Source: Bacilli bacterium | GTDB lineage: Bacteria; Bacillota_I; Bacilli_A; RFN20; CAG-288 | Assembly (NCBI GenBank): GCA_041670045.1 | Contig: JBAXZY010000001.1 | Location: 12,213 to 76,212, forward strand | DNA: 64,000 nucleotides | Direction of reading: 5' to 3' | In this document: piece after piece, positions 1 to 11,401 of the stretch | Numbering within the stretch: the stretch's first letter is position 1 | Layout: every line of letters starts with the position of its first letter | Program-made: the position numbers and the translations under genes | The notes under the pieces: model-generated | What the model saw: the letters and a program-made list of their open reading frames with translations, nothing else | What the model was told of the DNA's origin: nothing | The model's database searches: none

Positions 1-320
1 TTGAACATGACTTTGCTTCTCGAGATGACTTAGGTTCCGTAAAGGTTGGGTTCACCAACGATAAACTCGGTGACCTAGCAGTTGTCTCCAAAGCCATCAG
101 CGGCAAAGACCAGATTGCGATAATCGGTCCTAAGAGAATGGATTATAAAAAGATTCTCTCAGCTCTGGAATATGTCGTCTATATGATTGACAGATACATA
201 AATTCATCTTCCACCAACAATACCGCCTTAGTTCCAGTCAGCACTGCTACTGAAATCAAGACTGATAAGAAAAAGACTATAACGGCTAAAAAGAAAGTCA
301 GAAAAGGAGGCCTTAAATGA
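1..320 (+). CDS. hrcA: Heat-inducible repressor HrcA, 3' end (5' part lies outside the window); Lys-rich C-terminal tail
   Basis: Frame-0 translation '...KVGFTNDKLGDLAVVSKAISGKDQIAIIGPKRMDYKKIL...' matches the conserved HrcA C-terminus (IIGP.RMDY). It sits immediately upstream of grpE, dnaK and dnaJ as in the Firmicutes hrcA operon. The stop is TGA at 318-320. Confidence 0.75.
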   Translation, partial: EHDFASRDDLGSVKVGFTNDKLGDLAVVSKAISGKDQIAIIGPKRMDYKKILSALEYVVYMIDRYINSSSTNNTALVPVSTATEIKTDKKKTITAKKKVRKGGLK

Positions 321-1030
321 GTCAGGACAAAAACGAAAACGAAAAGAAACCGGTAACTGAGCCCGTCAAAGAAGAAAACAAAACACCTACATCACCTGCC
401 AAGCCGGTCGAAGAAGAAAAGAAAGAATCACCTGAAGTAGCTGCTCTTAAGGCATCTCTTGATGAAATGACCAAAAAAGCGCAGACTGCTGAAGCTAAAT
501 TCGAAGAAGCCGATAAGAATACTGAGATGTGGAAGAACAAATACTATTCCGTCTATGCTGACATGGCAAACACCCGCAAACAGATTGCTAAAGAAAACGA
601 TGACTTCAAGAAATACGCTCAGCAGGGTGTGATTGAAGAATTGATTCCCGCCCTTGATGGATTCGACATGGCTCTGAAGAAATCTCCTGATGATGAAGCT
701 ATCAAGAAATACTTGGAAGGCTTCAAGATGATCAATGAAAAGATCTTAGGAGTCCTCAAGAGTCTCAACGTCGAAATCATTGAGCCAAAGCCTGGCGATG
801 AATATGATCCTAACCGCATGAATGCTTTCTCTACTATCGACGGTAAGGAAGATAACAAGGTTGCTGATGTCTTCTTACGAGGCTATAAGCTCCACGATCA
901 TCTCCTTCGTCCCGCTGGAGTAGTAATCACTAAGAAAGCAGAAGTTAAGGAAGAGAAGAAAGACGATAAGAAGATTGATGTGAAAGATGGTAAGACTCAA
1001 GACAAGCCTAAAAGTCAAGAAAACAAATAA
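317..1030 (+). CDS. grpE: Nucleotide exchange factor GrpE
   Basis: 237 aa with an acidic/Lys-rich N-terminus, a coiled-coil region and a C-terminal '...FDP..H.A' like GrpE core. Its start overlaps the hrcA stop (ATGA) and it lies directly upstream of dnaK. Confidence 0.9.
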   Translation: MSQDKNENEKKPVTEPVKEENKTPTSPAKPVEEEKKESPEVAALKASLDEMTKKAQTAEAKFEEADKNTEMWKNKYYSVYADMANTRKQIAKENDDFKKYAQQGVIEELIPALDGFDMALKKSPDDEAIKKYLEGFKMINEKILGVLKSLNVEIIEPKPGDEYDPNRMNAFSTIDGKEDNKVADVFLRGYKLHDHLLRPAGVVITKKAEVKEEKKDDKKIDVKDGKTQDKPKSQENK

Positions 1031-1047
1031 AATGGAGGATTGAATTT

Positions 1048-2931
1048 ATGGCAAAAGAAGTAATATTAGGTATTGATTTAGGAACTACGAACTCAGTTGT
1101 TTCTTATATGCAGGATGATCAGACCGTCAAGGTTATTCCTTCTCCGGAAGGAACCAACACTTGCCCTTCTGTCGTCTCTTTCAAGAGTGATGGCGAAGTC
1201 ATTGTCGGTAACGCCGCCAAGCGTATGCTTTTGACTAATCCTGACACTATTCACTCTATTAAGAGAAAGATGGGCACCGGTCAGAAGACACATGTTGCCT
1301 GCATCAACAAGGATTTCACTCCGGAAGAGATTTCCGCTAAGATCCTTTCTTATATGAAGGGCTATGCCGAAGCCTATTTAGGTCATCCGGTTTCCAAGGC
1401 TGTCATCACCTGCCCGGCTTATTTCAATGATGATCAGAGAACTGCTACTAAAAACGCTGGCACGATTGCCGGATTGGATGTCGTCCGTGTCATCTCTGAA
1501 CCTACAGCCGCTGCCTTAGCCTATGGTATGGATAGCAAGAAGTCCGGAAAGATCCTCGTCTTCGATTTAGGCGGTGGAACTTTGGATGTCTCTATTCTTG
1601 ATATCGGCGATGGTACTTTCGAAGTCTTAGCTACTTCCGGTGATACAAGCCTCGGTGGTGATGATTGGGATAAGCACATCATGGATTGGCTGATTGGTGA
1701 AATCAGAAATCAGTGCGGTATCTCTATTTCCTATGATGATCCTAAGGATCGTCCGACTCTTCAGAGACTCAGAGATGAATCTGAAAAAGCTAAGATCAAC
1801 CTTTCTTCTCAGGTTCAGACTGATATCTCCTTACCTTACATTGGATTCAAGGATGGCGCTCCGGTCAACTTCGCTACCACTTTAACAAGAGCTAAGTTCC
1901 AGGATCTGACTGCTGATTTACTTGATCGCTGCCGCACTCCTTTTGAAAAGGCTTTGGCTGATTCCAAGCTTTCAGTCACTGACTTAAGCGATATCATCTT
2001 AGTCGGCGGTTCTACCCGTATGCCGGCTGTTGTCGATTTAGTAACCCGTTTAAATAACGGCAAGAAGCCTAATCAGTCAGTCAACCCTGATGAAGCTGTC
2101 TCTGTCGGTGCTGCTATTCAAGGTGGCGTCATCCGTGGCGATGTCAAGGATGTTGTCTTGCTCGATGTCACTCCTTTAACATTAGGCATTGAAACCTTAG
2201 GCGGTGTCATGACTCCACTCATTCCTCGTAATACTACTATTCCTACTACTAGACAGCAGATTTTCTCCACTGCCGAAGATAATCAGCCTGGCGTTGAGAT
2301 TCAGGTCTACCAGGGTGAACGTCCGATGGCTCAGGATAATAAGTTCTTAGGAAGATTCAAACTTGAAGGCATCCGTCCTGCCCGTCGCGGTGAACCGAGA
2401 ATTCAGGTAACCTTCTCTATCGATGTCAACGGTATTGTCTCTGTTTCCGCTAAGGATATGGATACTAACCTTGAACAGCACATCACCATTTCTAACTCTA
2501 CCGGTCTCTCCAAGGATGAAATCGATCGTATGGTCAAGGAAGCTGATGCCAATAAGGATGCTGATGCTAAACGTAAGGATGAAGCTGATACCAGAAACGA
2601 AGCTCAGCAACTCATTGATTCCATCGACAGACAGTGCAATGATGTTTCTCATCCGATTGATCAGAAGACCAAGGATTCCGCTATGGCTATCAGAAACGAA
2701 ATCAAGGCTGATTTGGATAAGAACGATTTAGTTGCCGTCAAGAGCAAGATTGCTCAGCTCCAGCAGGCTGCTAGCCAAGTCTATCAGGCTTCAGCTCAGT
2801 CCAATGCCAATGCTTCTAGCGCTAATGCCGGAAGCAATGCCACTCCCAATGCTGAAGAAAAGCATTCTGAGACTGACAGCAAAGATCCGCATGTCGTTGA
2901 TGCTACCTTCACTGAAAAGAAAGATAAGTAG
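1048..2931 (+). CDS. dnaK: Molecular chaperone DnaK (Hsp70)
   Basis: 627 aa. The N-terminus 'GIDLGTTNS' and the motifs 'DLGGGTFD' and '[11 protein letters not shown]' are Hsp70 signatures. The C-terminal tail is low-complexity, and the RBS is GGAGG. Confidence 0.97.
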   Translation: MAKEVILGIDLGTTNSVVSYMQDDQTVKVIPSPEGTNTCPSVVSFKSDGEVIVGNAAKRMLLTNPDTIHSIKRKMGTGQKTHVACINKDFTPEEISAKILSYMKGYAEAYLGHPVSKAVITCPAYFNDDQRTATKNAGTIAGLDVVRVISEPTAAALAYGMDSKKSGKILVFDLGGGTLDVSILDIGDGTFEVLATSGDTSLGGDDWDKHIMDWLIGEIRNQCGISISYDDPKDRPTLQRLRDESEKAKINLSSQVQTDISLPYIGFKDGAPVNFATTLTRAKFQDLTADLLDRCRTPFEKALADSKLSVTDLSDIILVGGSTRMPAVVDLVTRLNNGKKPNQSVNPDEAVSVGAAIQGGVIRGDVKDVVLLDVTPLTLGIETLGGVMTPLIPRNTTIPTTRQQIFSTAEDNQPGVEIQVYQGERPMAQDNKFLGRFKLEGIRPARRGEPRIQVTFSIDVNGIVSVSAKDMDTNLEQHITISNSTGLSKDEIDRMVKEADANKDADAKRKDEADTRNEAQQLIDSIDRQCNDVSHPIDQKTKDSAMAIRNEIKADLDKNDLVAVKSKIAQLQQAASQVYQASAQSNANASSANAGSNATPNAEEKHSETDSKDPHVVDATFTEKKDK

Positions 2932-2942
2932 ACAAGTAGGAA

Positions 2943-2982
2943 CTAGCCCAGTGTAACTTACGCTGGGCTAGTTGTTTATTTG
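2943..2982 (+). terminator. Stem-loop between dnaK and dnaJ (ctagcccag...ctgggctag plus a T-rich tail); partial terminator or attenuator
   Basis: A 9-bp perfect inverted repeat with an 11-nt loop is followed by ttgtttatttg. Confidence 0.45.
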
Positions 2983-3000
2983 CCTCTAGAGAGGTTAATT

Positions 3001-4152
3001 ATGGCAGATAATAATCGCGACTATTACGAAGTCCTCGGTGTCAGTAAAACTGCCACTCAGGATGAAATTAAATCCGCATACCGAAAACTAGCCAAGAAAT
3101 ATCATCCTGACCTCAACCATTCACCCGATGCCCCAGAGAAATTCAAGGAAGTAACTGAAGCCTATGAAATTTTAAATGATCCCCAGAAGCGTCAGCAGTA
3201 TGATCAGTTCGGTAAAGCAGCTTTTGAAAACAATGGAGCCAATGGCTTCAATGGTTTCAACAGCGGCAACATGAACGCTGATGACTTTGGCGATATCAAT
3301 GATATCTTTGCTCAGTTCTTTGGCGGCGGACAAGGTGGACAGAGGCAGTCCAGAAGAAGAGATAACGTCCCTCGCAAAGGCCAAGACAAGATGGTCCGGG
3401 TCAAACTTAGTTTTGATCAGGCTGTCAATGGCACGAAGGTGGATATTCCACTTGACTATGTCACTACTTGTCCGGATTGTCATGGTACTGGAGCCAGAAC
3501 TCCTAATGATATTCAGACTTGCCCGACTTGCCATGGTTTAGGTCGAGTCAGAACCAGACAGAATACCCTCTTTGGAATGATGGAATCAGAAGAAGTCTGC
3601 CCGGATTGCGGCGGTACCGGTAAAAAGGTTACTGCTAAATGCCCGCACTGCCATGGTGCCGGAAGAGTCCGAATGACTGAAACCATTTCCGTCAATATCC
3701 CCGGTGGCGTAGATACGGGAGACAATATCCGTATCGCCAACAAAGGTGATGCCGGAGCTAATGGCGGTCCTAGTGGCGATTTAATCATCAGCATTGAAGT
3801 TGCACCAAGCCAGACATTTACTCGTAAAGGCGGAGATGTCTATATCAATGTTCCGATTGCTGTCAGTGATGCTCTCTTAGGAGCCACCGTAACTGTTCCC
3901 ACAGTCCACGGCGATTGTGACTTAGTTATCCCTTCCTGCACGGAACCTGATACCGTGATGAAGATGAGACAACAAGGTATCCGTCTTCCTAATGGAAGAA
4001 TCGGTGACCAGTATGTCACGATCAATGTCAAGTTCCCGAAGAATCTTAACAACAATCAGAAGGACCTCATCAGTAAGTTCTCTGATGAAGAAGATAAGAA
4101 GAATGATGGTCCCTTTTCTTGGCTGAAGCATAAGTTCAACGGTAAGAAGTAG
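3001..4152 (+). CDS. dnaJ: Co-chaperone DnaJ (the ORF track starts at 2980; the likely start is ATG 3001 after AGAGAGG)
   Basis: J-domain 'DYYEVLGV...HPD', a Gly/Phe-rich region, and four CxxCxGxG zinc-finger repeats ([32 protein letters not shown]). Confidence 0.95.
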   Translation: MADNNRDYYEVLGVSKTATQDEIKSAYRKLAKKYHPDLNHSPDAPEKFKEVTEAYEILNDPQKRQQYDQFGKAAFENNGANGFNGFNSGNMNADDFGDINDIFAQFFGGGQGGQRQSRRRDNVPRKGQDKMVRVKLSFDQAVNGTKVDIPLDYVTTCPDCHGTGARTPNDIQTCPTCHGLGRVRTRQNTLFGMMESEEVCPDCGGTGKKVTAKCPHCHGAGRVRMTETISVNIPGGVDTGDNIRIANKGDAGANGGPSGDLIISIEVAPSQTFTRKGGDVYINVPIAVSDALLGATVTVPTVHGDCDLVIPSCTEPDTVMKMRQQGIRLPNGRIGDQYVTINVKFPKNLNNNQKDLISKFSDEEDKKNDGPFSWLKHKFNGKK

Positions 4153-4167
4153 AATTTCAAGAAATTA

Positions 4168-4206
4168 AAGCCTTCTTCAGCATTAATGCCCTGGAAGGCT
4201 TTTTTA
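4168..4206 (+). terminator. Rho-independent terminator after dnaJ
   Basis: aagccttc...gaaggctt stem (8 bp) followed by TTTTT. Confidence 0.6.
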
Positions 4207-4367
4207 GTATTTCCTGAATTCTGATTCTAATTTCAGTGGCTTTTCGATTAATGAATCTCAAATGGTGGTTTAGAAAGAAAAATCATTCCAAAGTAATTTC
4301 AAATAATTATTATCCCTCAATTCCTTTTTAGCCTTCTATTTACTATAATGGGTGAGAAAATAATAAC

Positions 4368-5213
4368 ATGAACGAATTAAATAAATTATCTATACGTATT
4401 CCTTTAGAAGGAACCATCAATACTAGGGACATGGGTGGCTATGAAGCTAAGAATGGTCTACATGTCAAATATCAAAGAGTAATCAGAACCGATAACCTTT
4501 CTCGCTCAACCACTAATGATCTTGATTTCTTTGAGAAGAAGCTCAATGCCAAATATGACATTGACTTCCGCTCATTAAACGAAGTTAAAGGTCAGGAAGA
4601 CAAAGCCATCAAAGGCTGTGAGTATATCGCCTGCCCCATTACGGATGACTTGAACTCCGGAAGAGGTCAGCATCCTCATGAGGAATTCATTATTGATAAG
4701 CCAAATATTAAAAGCTTGATTGGCTATATCTATACTATCTCCGATGATGGTGATGTCACTAAAGCCATGGAAAACTCCTATCGGGATTTTGTGGGTTTAC
4801 CTTTTGGGATCAAACACTACCGTATTTTTATGACTACCCTCCTTCACAATAAGGAGGGATCCATCCTTTTCCACTGCGCTGATGGCAAAGACCGCTGTGG
4901 AATAGGAGCGGCTTTGTTTCTTTCAGCCTTAGGTGTCTCACAAGAAGACATCATCTACGATTATCTGAAAACCAACGAATACACTGGTGACAAAGCCAAA
5001 AAGAGAATCAAATATCTGCGGGATGACTGTCATATCACTAATGAAAAAGTCATCAATTCCGTTTATATGTTGGCTGGTGTCAGACAGAATTGGATAGAAG
5101 CCGCCATTGATGAAATCAATACCAAGTTTGATGGCATCAATTCTTATCTTCATAACCAGATGCAATTAACGGATGATGATTTAAGAAGCTTAAGAAAGAA
5201 TTACCTTGAATAA
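4368..5213 (+). CDS. Protein tyrosine/serine phosphatase-like protein (CX5R active site)
   Basis: 281 aa. 'HCADGKDRCG' fits the PTP-loop C-x5-R signature and there is no signal peptide. Confidence 0.55.
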   Translation: MNELNKLSIRIPLEGTINTRDMGGYEAKNGLHVKYQRVIRTDNLSRSTTNDLDFFEKKLNAKYDIDFRSLNEVKGQEDKAIKGCEYIACPITDDLNSGRGQHPHEEFIIDKPNIKSLIGYIYTISDDGDVTKAMENSYRDFVGLPFGIKHYRIFMTTLLHNKEGSILFHCADGKDRCGIGAALFLSALGVSQEDIIYDYLKTNEYTGDKAKKRIKYLRDDCHITNEKVINSVYMLAGVRQNWIEAAIDEINTKFDGINSYLHNQMQLTDDDLRSLRKNYLE

Positions 5214-5370
5214 TAAGGTACTTTTGTCAATTTACTCAAAATGCTTTTACTAGTCTTTAACTATATATAAGAAAGTTTTCTTTTTATCATTTCTATTGAT
5301 TGAATTCTAAAACTAATCTATAAGTTAGATTATTGGTAAAATTAGTCGTATTTTTAAGCTGAATTTTTTT

Positions 5371-7698
5371 CTATTTCTTCACTATTCTCTTGAAATAAAA
5401 GCTAGTAGGAACAGTGGCTGGAGCAGAATTGCCACTAGTCCAGTTTAAGATACCCATCTTGCCACTAGTATAGACTTGATGTCCACCGATTCCTAAATCA
5501 AATGATATTGGAGCAGTAGTATTGCCAGCCTCATATTCACTTTCTTCATAGATGCTTAGAGTTGATCCACTGAATGACATTCTAAATGCTGTTCCATAGA
5601 CTTTCTTAGTAAAGACCCAGCCACCTAAATAATCACATTTAAAGGCTGTAGAATCATCACTGAAGGCATCAGAAAGATAGAAGACCTGAACAAACTGGTT
5701 TCCACCATTTGGCACTAACTGAATCAAGTATCCATCCAAGGAATGAGAAGTCCCGTGATGAGAAGCACGGGCTAAAATTCCTAAGCCATTAGGAGAAAAA
5801 TCAGGAGAAGTAGAATTGACTTCAAAGACTAAATCAAAATCATTGAAAGATGGTTTGCTCATAGCCCAGCCAACATAATCATCGCTGACCTGAACGATTG
5901 AGGGATAAGAATAAGTCCAAGAACGGGCATGCTCGGCACATAAATTCCATGCTGAAGGATCAGGATCATTGACGATGGAATTGGCTACCTCAGAAGCATT
6001 AGAAGCAATAGCAGCAATGCGAGTAACATAAGAAGTTAAATCAAAGGCGTTAACTTCATCAACTGTAGTCATTTTCTCCATCTCAGTTTTGGCTTCGGCA
6101 ATGACTGCTTCAGCTAAGCTAGCATTGTCATCAGAATAAGCAGCCTTTTCGTAATAGAAAGTAGACTTAATTCTTTTTTCGATAACCTTAGCAATATTCT
6201 TGGCTTCCTCTTCTTTCGTATACGCTGCATCAGTCTTTAAAACCTGAATAGTAGCTTTTAAAGTATCAAGAGCCGTCTCTATTTCCTCATAGCCTTTATC
6301 AACGATGCTGGAATTATAAAGAGCAATAGCTTCATCAATGCTGGTTTGTTCAGCTTCACGATAAAGCGTCTTATCAATAGAAGAAATATAAGCAGAAGCA
6401 AAGCCTTTCATCTGAGCAACACCATTGATGTTATCCCCCTTAGTTTTCTCTAAAAGATCAAATTTTACATCAACCGTCTTATCACCTTCCCATTGAAGAA
6501 TACTAGGATGGAAATCACTTCCTTCATATAAAGAGTAGGCTCCATTATTGGTTAAGTCTACATCGGTTCTAGTTGCTGTATCACCTTTTTCAGCATACTC
6601 ATTGGCATCAAAAATAGAAGCTAAGCCGTTCTCAAAAGAAATTCTAATACTAGTACCCATTAAATTGTTTGGATAGACCCAGCCTCCTATGTAAGTGCAA
6701 ATAGCAGATCCTTTGGAATTATAGGCATTATTGAGATACCAAATCTGAACAAAGTTATCGCCACTAGCATTATGAACAATGTTAGCTAAATAGCCGTCTA
6801 AGCCATCATTGTCACCAGTGGTATTGGGCCTGGATAGCATGATTCCAGCAATTCCTGGATAATCAGAAGAGTCAACAGTGAATGCCAAAGTAGTTCCACT
6901 GACATCATATGTTCCACCATCAGCAATTAAGTAGCCAATTGTATTAGCTTTAATACCATTAGAAGTCAAAGACCAAGAAGAAGCATGCTCATTAACTAAA
7001 GACCATCTAGAAGCTAAAGGAAATTTAGTCATTTCTTCCATCGTATAAGAAGCATTAGTCTTCAAAGAACTGATTAAAGATAAATAGGAAGTAAAGCTGA
7101 TGGCCTCAAGTTCTTCAAGAGTAGTGGCATCATTGATTTGCTTCTTTAATGAAACCTGTGCCTCAACAATCTTGTTTTCTTCTTCACTTCGATATTGTTT
7201 GATATCATTAAATTCCACTTTTTTCAGCAATTCAGTTTTCTTTTCGGACATAGCTTTTTCAGCTGCGGTTTTTTCTTCTTCAGAATACTGAGCATCAGTC
7301 TTTAAAGAAGAAACCAAAACCTTTAAGGAAGAGACAATGCTGTTGATTCTTTCTATAGTGATTTGCTTCTCATTCAAAGCCGATTTGGCTTCATTTATTG
7401 CTTCGTTTAAGGTTGCTCTTTCCGCTTCGCGATATAAGGAAAGATCCAAAGAATTAATATAGGAAAGAGCGTCTTCCTTAGCTTGCTCTAATTGGGATAG
7501 GCTACTTGAAGTACTGCTATCTAAACTAGAGGAATCAAAAGAAGTTTGCTTATCCACAGAAGAAATGTTTTCAGATGAAATGATTGATGATGTCGTATCT
7601 GAATTAGATACAAAGGAAGAAAAAGAGGAAGTACTTGTGGTAGTTCCGCAAGATGTCAGGAAGAGAGTTAACACGGCCAGTGAAATTACTTTTTTCAT
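5371..7698 (-). CDS. Surface lipoprotein with an internally duplicated two-module architecture
   Basis: 775 aa. The signal peptide plus lipobox is 'LFLTSCG', followed by a Ser/Thr-rich linker. Two ~350-aa repeats each carry an 'LYREAE...' helical segment followed by a beta-rich domain (LDGYL...FVQ(I/V)(W/F)YL...Y(I/L)GGWV...). The stop is TAG. Confidence 0.65.
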   Translation of the reverse strand: MKKVISLAVLTLFLTSCGTTTSTSSFSSFVSNSDTTSSIISSENISSVDKQTSFDSSSLDSSTSSSLSQLEQAKEDALSYINSLDLSLYREAERATLNEAINEAKSALNEKQITIERINSIVSSLKVLVSSLKTDAQYSEEEKTAAEKAMSEKKTELLKKVEFNDIKQYRSEEENKIVEAQVSLKKQINDATTLEELEAISFTSYLSLISSLKTNASYTMEEMTKFPLASRWSLVNEHASSWSLTSNGIKANTIGYLIADGGTYDVSGTTLAFTVDSSDYPGIAGIMLSRPNTTGDNDGLDGYLANIVHNASGDNFVQIWYLNNAYNSKGSAICTYIGGWVYPNNLMGTSIRISFENGLASIFDANEYAEKGDTATRTDVDLTNNGAYSLYEGSDFHPSILQWEGDKTVDVKFDLLEKTKGDNINGVAQMKGFASAYISSIDKTLYREAEQTSIDEAIALYNSSIVDKGYEEIETALDTLKATIQVLKTDAAYTKEEEAKNIAKVIEKRIKSTFYYEKAAYSDDNASLAEAVIAEAKTEMEKMTTVDEVNAFDLTSYVTRIAAIASNASEVANSIVNDPDPSAWNLCAEHARSWTYSYPSIVQVSDDYVGWAMSKPSFNDFDLVFEVNSTSPDFSPNGLGILARASHHGTSHSLDGYLIQLVPNGGNQFVQVFYLSDAFSDDSTAFKCDYLGGWVFTKKVYGTAFRMSFSGSTLSIYEESEYEAGNTTAPISFDLGIGGHQVYTSGKMGILNWTSGNSAPATVPTSFYFKRIVKK

Positions 7699-7712
7699 TT
7701 TTTGATTTTCCT

Positions 7713-9908
7713 TTAATCAATTGTTGGCGCTGCATTTCTGATTACTTCAGCTAATTTCTTATAACTATCATGAGTAGGATGAAGACCATCAATGAAACAG
7801 GTCGATATCGGTTGGTTACTGTCATTGCAGAAGAGATACTCACATTCAGCGAAGAACATCCAATCATACTTCTCACAGAGATTCTTATAGAGGATGTTGG
7901 TTTGATGGATCTGACTGGCAATAGTAGTTCTAGCCGTGCAATGATTGACTCCTAGAAGAACAACTTGGAAGTCAGGAAGAGCATTTTTCATCTTGACTAA
8001 GAGAGTTTCCACATTGTTTGTCGTAGTAGCTGGGGATACTCCACAGCTAAGATCATTGATTCCAATAGCATAAATGCCAAGTCGTGGCTGATAAGTGATG
8101 ACTTCTTGGTCATAGGTTTCATTCCATTGAGAGGCGATAGAGCCACCAATACCAATATCATTGACATCATCGTAGATGGCTAAGTCTTCTTTGTAAGTGC
8201 TTTTCCATAATTCCATGTAGGAATGACCAAAAACCAGAACCTGATTCTTTTCATGCTCAACTGAATTGCTAGTACTTATTGAAGAGATGAAGCAATTAGG
8301 AAGCTCTGCCTTAATTCCGAATTCCTTTCCAGTCAGAGGATTATCTTCGTGGATGTAGTATCGAAGAGTGTCTCTCATATAAACATAGATATCACTTCCA
8401 TCTAGAACGATTTTCAAATTATAGCTCAGTGAATTATTGACACCGGCGTTGATGTATTTCATCTTCAACTTGGTTGCCTGGCCATTTTCATAGCGAGTAA
8501 GTCCCATCATCTCTCCTGAACAGTACAGCCAATAATAAGAAAGTCCGGTTTCACTCTCATAGAAAGAAGAAACACTAGGGCGGGTGATTCTAAAAGCAAT
8601 TCCGTTATTGGCGTTTCCAGGTGTGAAGGTAACGTTAATGGTTCCGTTTTCCACCAAAGAATTCTTTACGATGCCAAAGGATTTACTTTCAGTTGACACA
8701 GCATTTCCTTCAAAAGAATCAAAGCCACCTGAGACAACATCCAAGGTATCATCCTTTTTCACATCCAAGGAATAAGAATGTGCTTTGATCTTGGTATAGA
8801 CCACTCCACTCTTTCCGGCTCTCAGTCCCCATTTGCCTCCTGTCAGAGGTGAAGACTGGATATTGGAAAAATACTTTTCACCATTTAAGTAGAACGTCGA
8901 ATACTTTCCATCAAAAACTGCTTTTAAAGTATAGGTACCGCTATTGGAGAAATCTGGTATCTGTTTCATTTGCAGTATCGACCATTGGCCATTGTCAGTT
9001 TTACCGACATAGGCTAAACCGCTGAGGGAAGTGAAGAAGAAATAGTAGGATATATTCTTGCCTTCCCAATAAGTGCTTTGATCATTATCAGAAAGCCCAA
9101 AAACTATTCCACTGTCAGAGGAGGAGGAAGAGCCAAGGTTCATAGTGGCTTCAATGGAGCCACTAGTCAGTTCCTTACTTTCATTGACACATAGAGAATT
9201 CGAATACAAAGAAATTAAACCCTTTTCGTTTGAATTAAAATCACCTTTTTTGACTGAGAAGTAATCTGGATTGTTGTCATAACTATTAACATTATCAAGA
9301 TAAACAATATTCAAGAAAGTAGTTCCTTTAATGGTGGATGAGAATCCATATTGTTCTCCAAGTTCGTTTTCGGAGGGAACATTGAATGAGAAAAAGAATT
9401 CATCATCAAGATAGACTTCTAAATATTTATCAATGGAATCAAAGAAAACAGAAATTATGTCATTTTTAGAAAGAGATAAGGATTCCGAATGATAAATCTG
9501 AGGATCCTGATTGTTTTCGTATTTAATCAGATTAAATTTTTTTCCAATTCCAGTTCCTAAATAATAATAAGAAGCCTCGTTAGCAAAAAGCACCATACCA
9601 TTTTCACCAAAGGTAGAAGGCGAATTGATGGAAAATGAAAAAGTACCACAGCTTGCCTTCTCTTTAAAAAGCATTAAGGAAGTATCACTAGAAGAAATAT
9701 AAGAAGCATCGGTGAATTCAAAGCTTCCTTTTATATTGTCAAATACATCATTTGCTTTTTCAGATGATGAAAAAGAAGAATCAGAAAAAGAAGATGGAAT
9801 TGAAGAAGCTGAATCAGGGGATGAGTTGGAACTAAAAGAAGTCTTGGCACCGCAAGAAGAGATAATAGAAACTGCGAGAAGACTTAAGAGCAATAGTTTT
9901 TTCTTCAT
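7713..9908 (-). CDS. Lipoprotein with a C-terminal SGNH/GDSL-type hydrolase domain
   Basis: 731 aa. The lipobox is 'IISSCG' and a Ser-rich linker follows. The C-terminal blocks 'VLVFGHSYMELW', 'GIGGS', 'GINDL' and 'DGLHPT' correspond to SGNH blocks I, II, III and V. The N-terminal ~480 aa are beta-rich and of unknown function. Confidence 0.65.
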   Translation of the reverse strand: MKKKLLLLSLLAVSIISSCGAKTSFSSNSSPDSASSIPSSFSDSSFSSSEKANDVFDNIKGSFEFTDASYISSSDTSLMLFKEKASCGTFSFSINSPSTFGENGMVLFANEASYYYLGTGIGKKFNLIKYENNQDPQIYHSESLSLSKNDIISVFFDSIDKYLEVYLDDEFFFSFNVPSENELGEQYGFSSTIKGTTFLNIVYLDNVNSYDNNPDYFSVKKGDFNSNEKGLISLYSNSLCVNESKELTSGSIEATMNLGSSSSSDSGIVFGLSDNDQSTYWEGKNISYYFFFTSLSGLAYVGKTDNGQWSILQMKQIPDFSNSGTYTLKAVFDGKYSTFYLNGEKYFSNIQSSPLTGGKWGLRAGKSGVVYTKIKAHSYSLDVKKDDTLDVVSGGFDSFEGNAVSTESKSFGIVKNSLVENGTINVTFTPGNANNGIAFRITRPSVSSFYESETGLSYYWLYCSGEMMGLTRYENGQATKLKMKYINAGVNNSLSYNLKIVLDGSDIYVYMRDTLRYYIHEDNPLTGKEFGIKAELPNCFISSISTSNSVEHEKNQVLVFGHSYMELWKSTYKEDLAIYDDVNDIGIGGSIASQWNETYDQEVITYQPRLGIYAIGINDLSCGVSPATTTNNVETLLVKMKNALPDFQVVLLGVNHCTARTTIASQIHQTNILYKNLCEKYDWMFFAECEYLFCNDSNQPISTCFIDGLHPTHDSYKKLAEVIRNAAPTID

Positions 9909-10046
9909 TGTTTGTCCTTTCTTATGAATAATGCTGGGCTATTTGTAACCGCTTTCTAATAAATCGTTATCATTTTATATTTGTCATATTGGTAAAACAA
10001 TCTCATAAAATACTATTTTGTTATCGTTTCTTGCTATAATGAAGTC

Positions 10047-10901
10047 ATGGAAGCAACAGTTTATTTAGACTACATTGGTAATTCTGTTTCGGTTCAAACC
10101 AAAGAAATCAAGTCAGACAACCCTTTAAACATTGTTCTTCAAATGGTTGGACACGAAATCACAGGTCCCCGCTATCGACTATCTCGTAACAACTACCAGA
10201 GCTATATGCTGACTTATGTCAAAAAAGGCCGCCTTGAAATTCTTCACGATAAAAAAGCTTTCCATCTTCAAAAAGGCAATGCCATCCTCATTGACTGCAT
10301 GAAGCAGCATGAAGCCTGGACTAGTTCTCTTGATGGCATGGAAATCTATTTCATTCATTTCTATGCACCTTATTTAGCGGACTTCTATCGAAAGATTACT
10401 TCAAAAGAGAATTTGCTTTCTGACTTTGATGAAGATAGTTTTATCTCCTTATGCAATACTTTGATAGAACTGACTAAAGACAGACAGGATTATGATCCCT
10501 TAGTTATCAGCGATTACCTCATCTCATTCCTTCTCAGACTGAAAAACTCACCAGAAATGAATACAAGAACCAGCCTTCATTATTTAGATGAAGCCGTTGG
10601 CTTCATCTCCGAGCATTTTACAGAAAACCTCAGTCAGGAAAGGCTAGCAAAAGCCGTCAACTTATCAACCAGTTATCTAGAAGCACTCTTCAGAAAAGAG
10701 CTTCATGTCGGTATTGGTTCCTATATCTCAACTTATCGCTTTCAAAGAGCCTCAGAGCTATTAAGCTTTGGCACTGAAAGCATTAAAAACGTTGCTTCAG
10801 AAGTCGGGTTGTCGACTCAAGCTTTAATTAGAATGTTCCTTAAGAAAACTAATGTCACGCCAAAACAGTATCGAATCAATCGTGTGAAGAAGATTGACTG
10901 A
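10047..10901 (+). CDS. AraC/XylS-family transcriptional regulator with an N-terminal cupin-like sensing domain
   Basis: 284 aa. The C-terminal double-HTH region '...LAKAVNLSTSYLEALFRKE...PKQYR' is AraC-like. It is divergent from the two lipoprotein genes. TATAAT at 10034-10039 lies only ~7 nt before the ATG, so the transcript may be leaderless. The stop is TGA. Confidence 0.8.
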   Translation: MEATVYLDYIGNSVSVQTKEIKSDNPLNIVLQMVGHEITGPRYRLSRNNYQSYMLTYVKKGRLEILHDKKAFHLQKGNAILIDCMKQHEAWTSSLDGMEIYFIHFYAPYLADFYRKITSKENLLSDFDEDSFISLCNTLIELTKDRQDYDPLVISDYLISFLLRLKNSPEMNTRTSLHYLDEAVGFISEHFTENLSQERLAKAVNLSTSYLEALFRKELHVGIGSYISTYRFQRASELLSFGTESIKNVASEVGLSTQALIRMFLKKTNVTPKQYRINRVKKID

Positions 10902-11401
10902 AAAGCTCTTTTCGAATTACGAAAAAAATATCAGATTATAAATCACTCACTTAGAAAACAGTAAATTTCAGGTCAGTGCCTTACTCATAGAGCAGACAGC
11001 TTTACCAATAGTAGTTTATTTATAGATGATAAAGAATAAGAAAATTTGATAAAAAATTATGTAAGCCGTTGAAACGACCTATCTTTCCAAAACATAAAAT
11101 CAGTAATAATAGTTCTTTGTTCCTTATTTCTTCAAAGATCACATTAATTAGAAGAAGCAGATTATAACTAACTTATTTTGCTTTAGAATCAAGTCATTAG
11201 GATATCAAAAGAAAGAGTGCAAGTTTCAAAGCAGTCTCTTTTTGTATTTTGCTACTATATCTCGAAAAATGTTTCTTTTCTTGCTATATAGGATCTGACT
11301 AAATTCTCGAGACTTTAACTATGACGCATAATCAAAACTTTGCTTCTCCTTAAATGAAACAATACAATTGTTCTAAAAGCTTCGGTACTTGTCAGCTAAT
11401 T

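Noticed and set aside
322-4131. Multiple 60-120-aa ORFs antisense to or out of frame within grpE, dnaK and dnaJ (e.g. 322-540, 1093-1293, 2347-2652, 3513-3794)
   Set aside because: They lie wholly inside strongly supported chaperone genes and have low-complexity, start-poor translations, so they are spurious.
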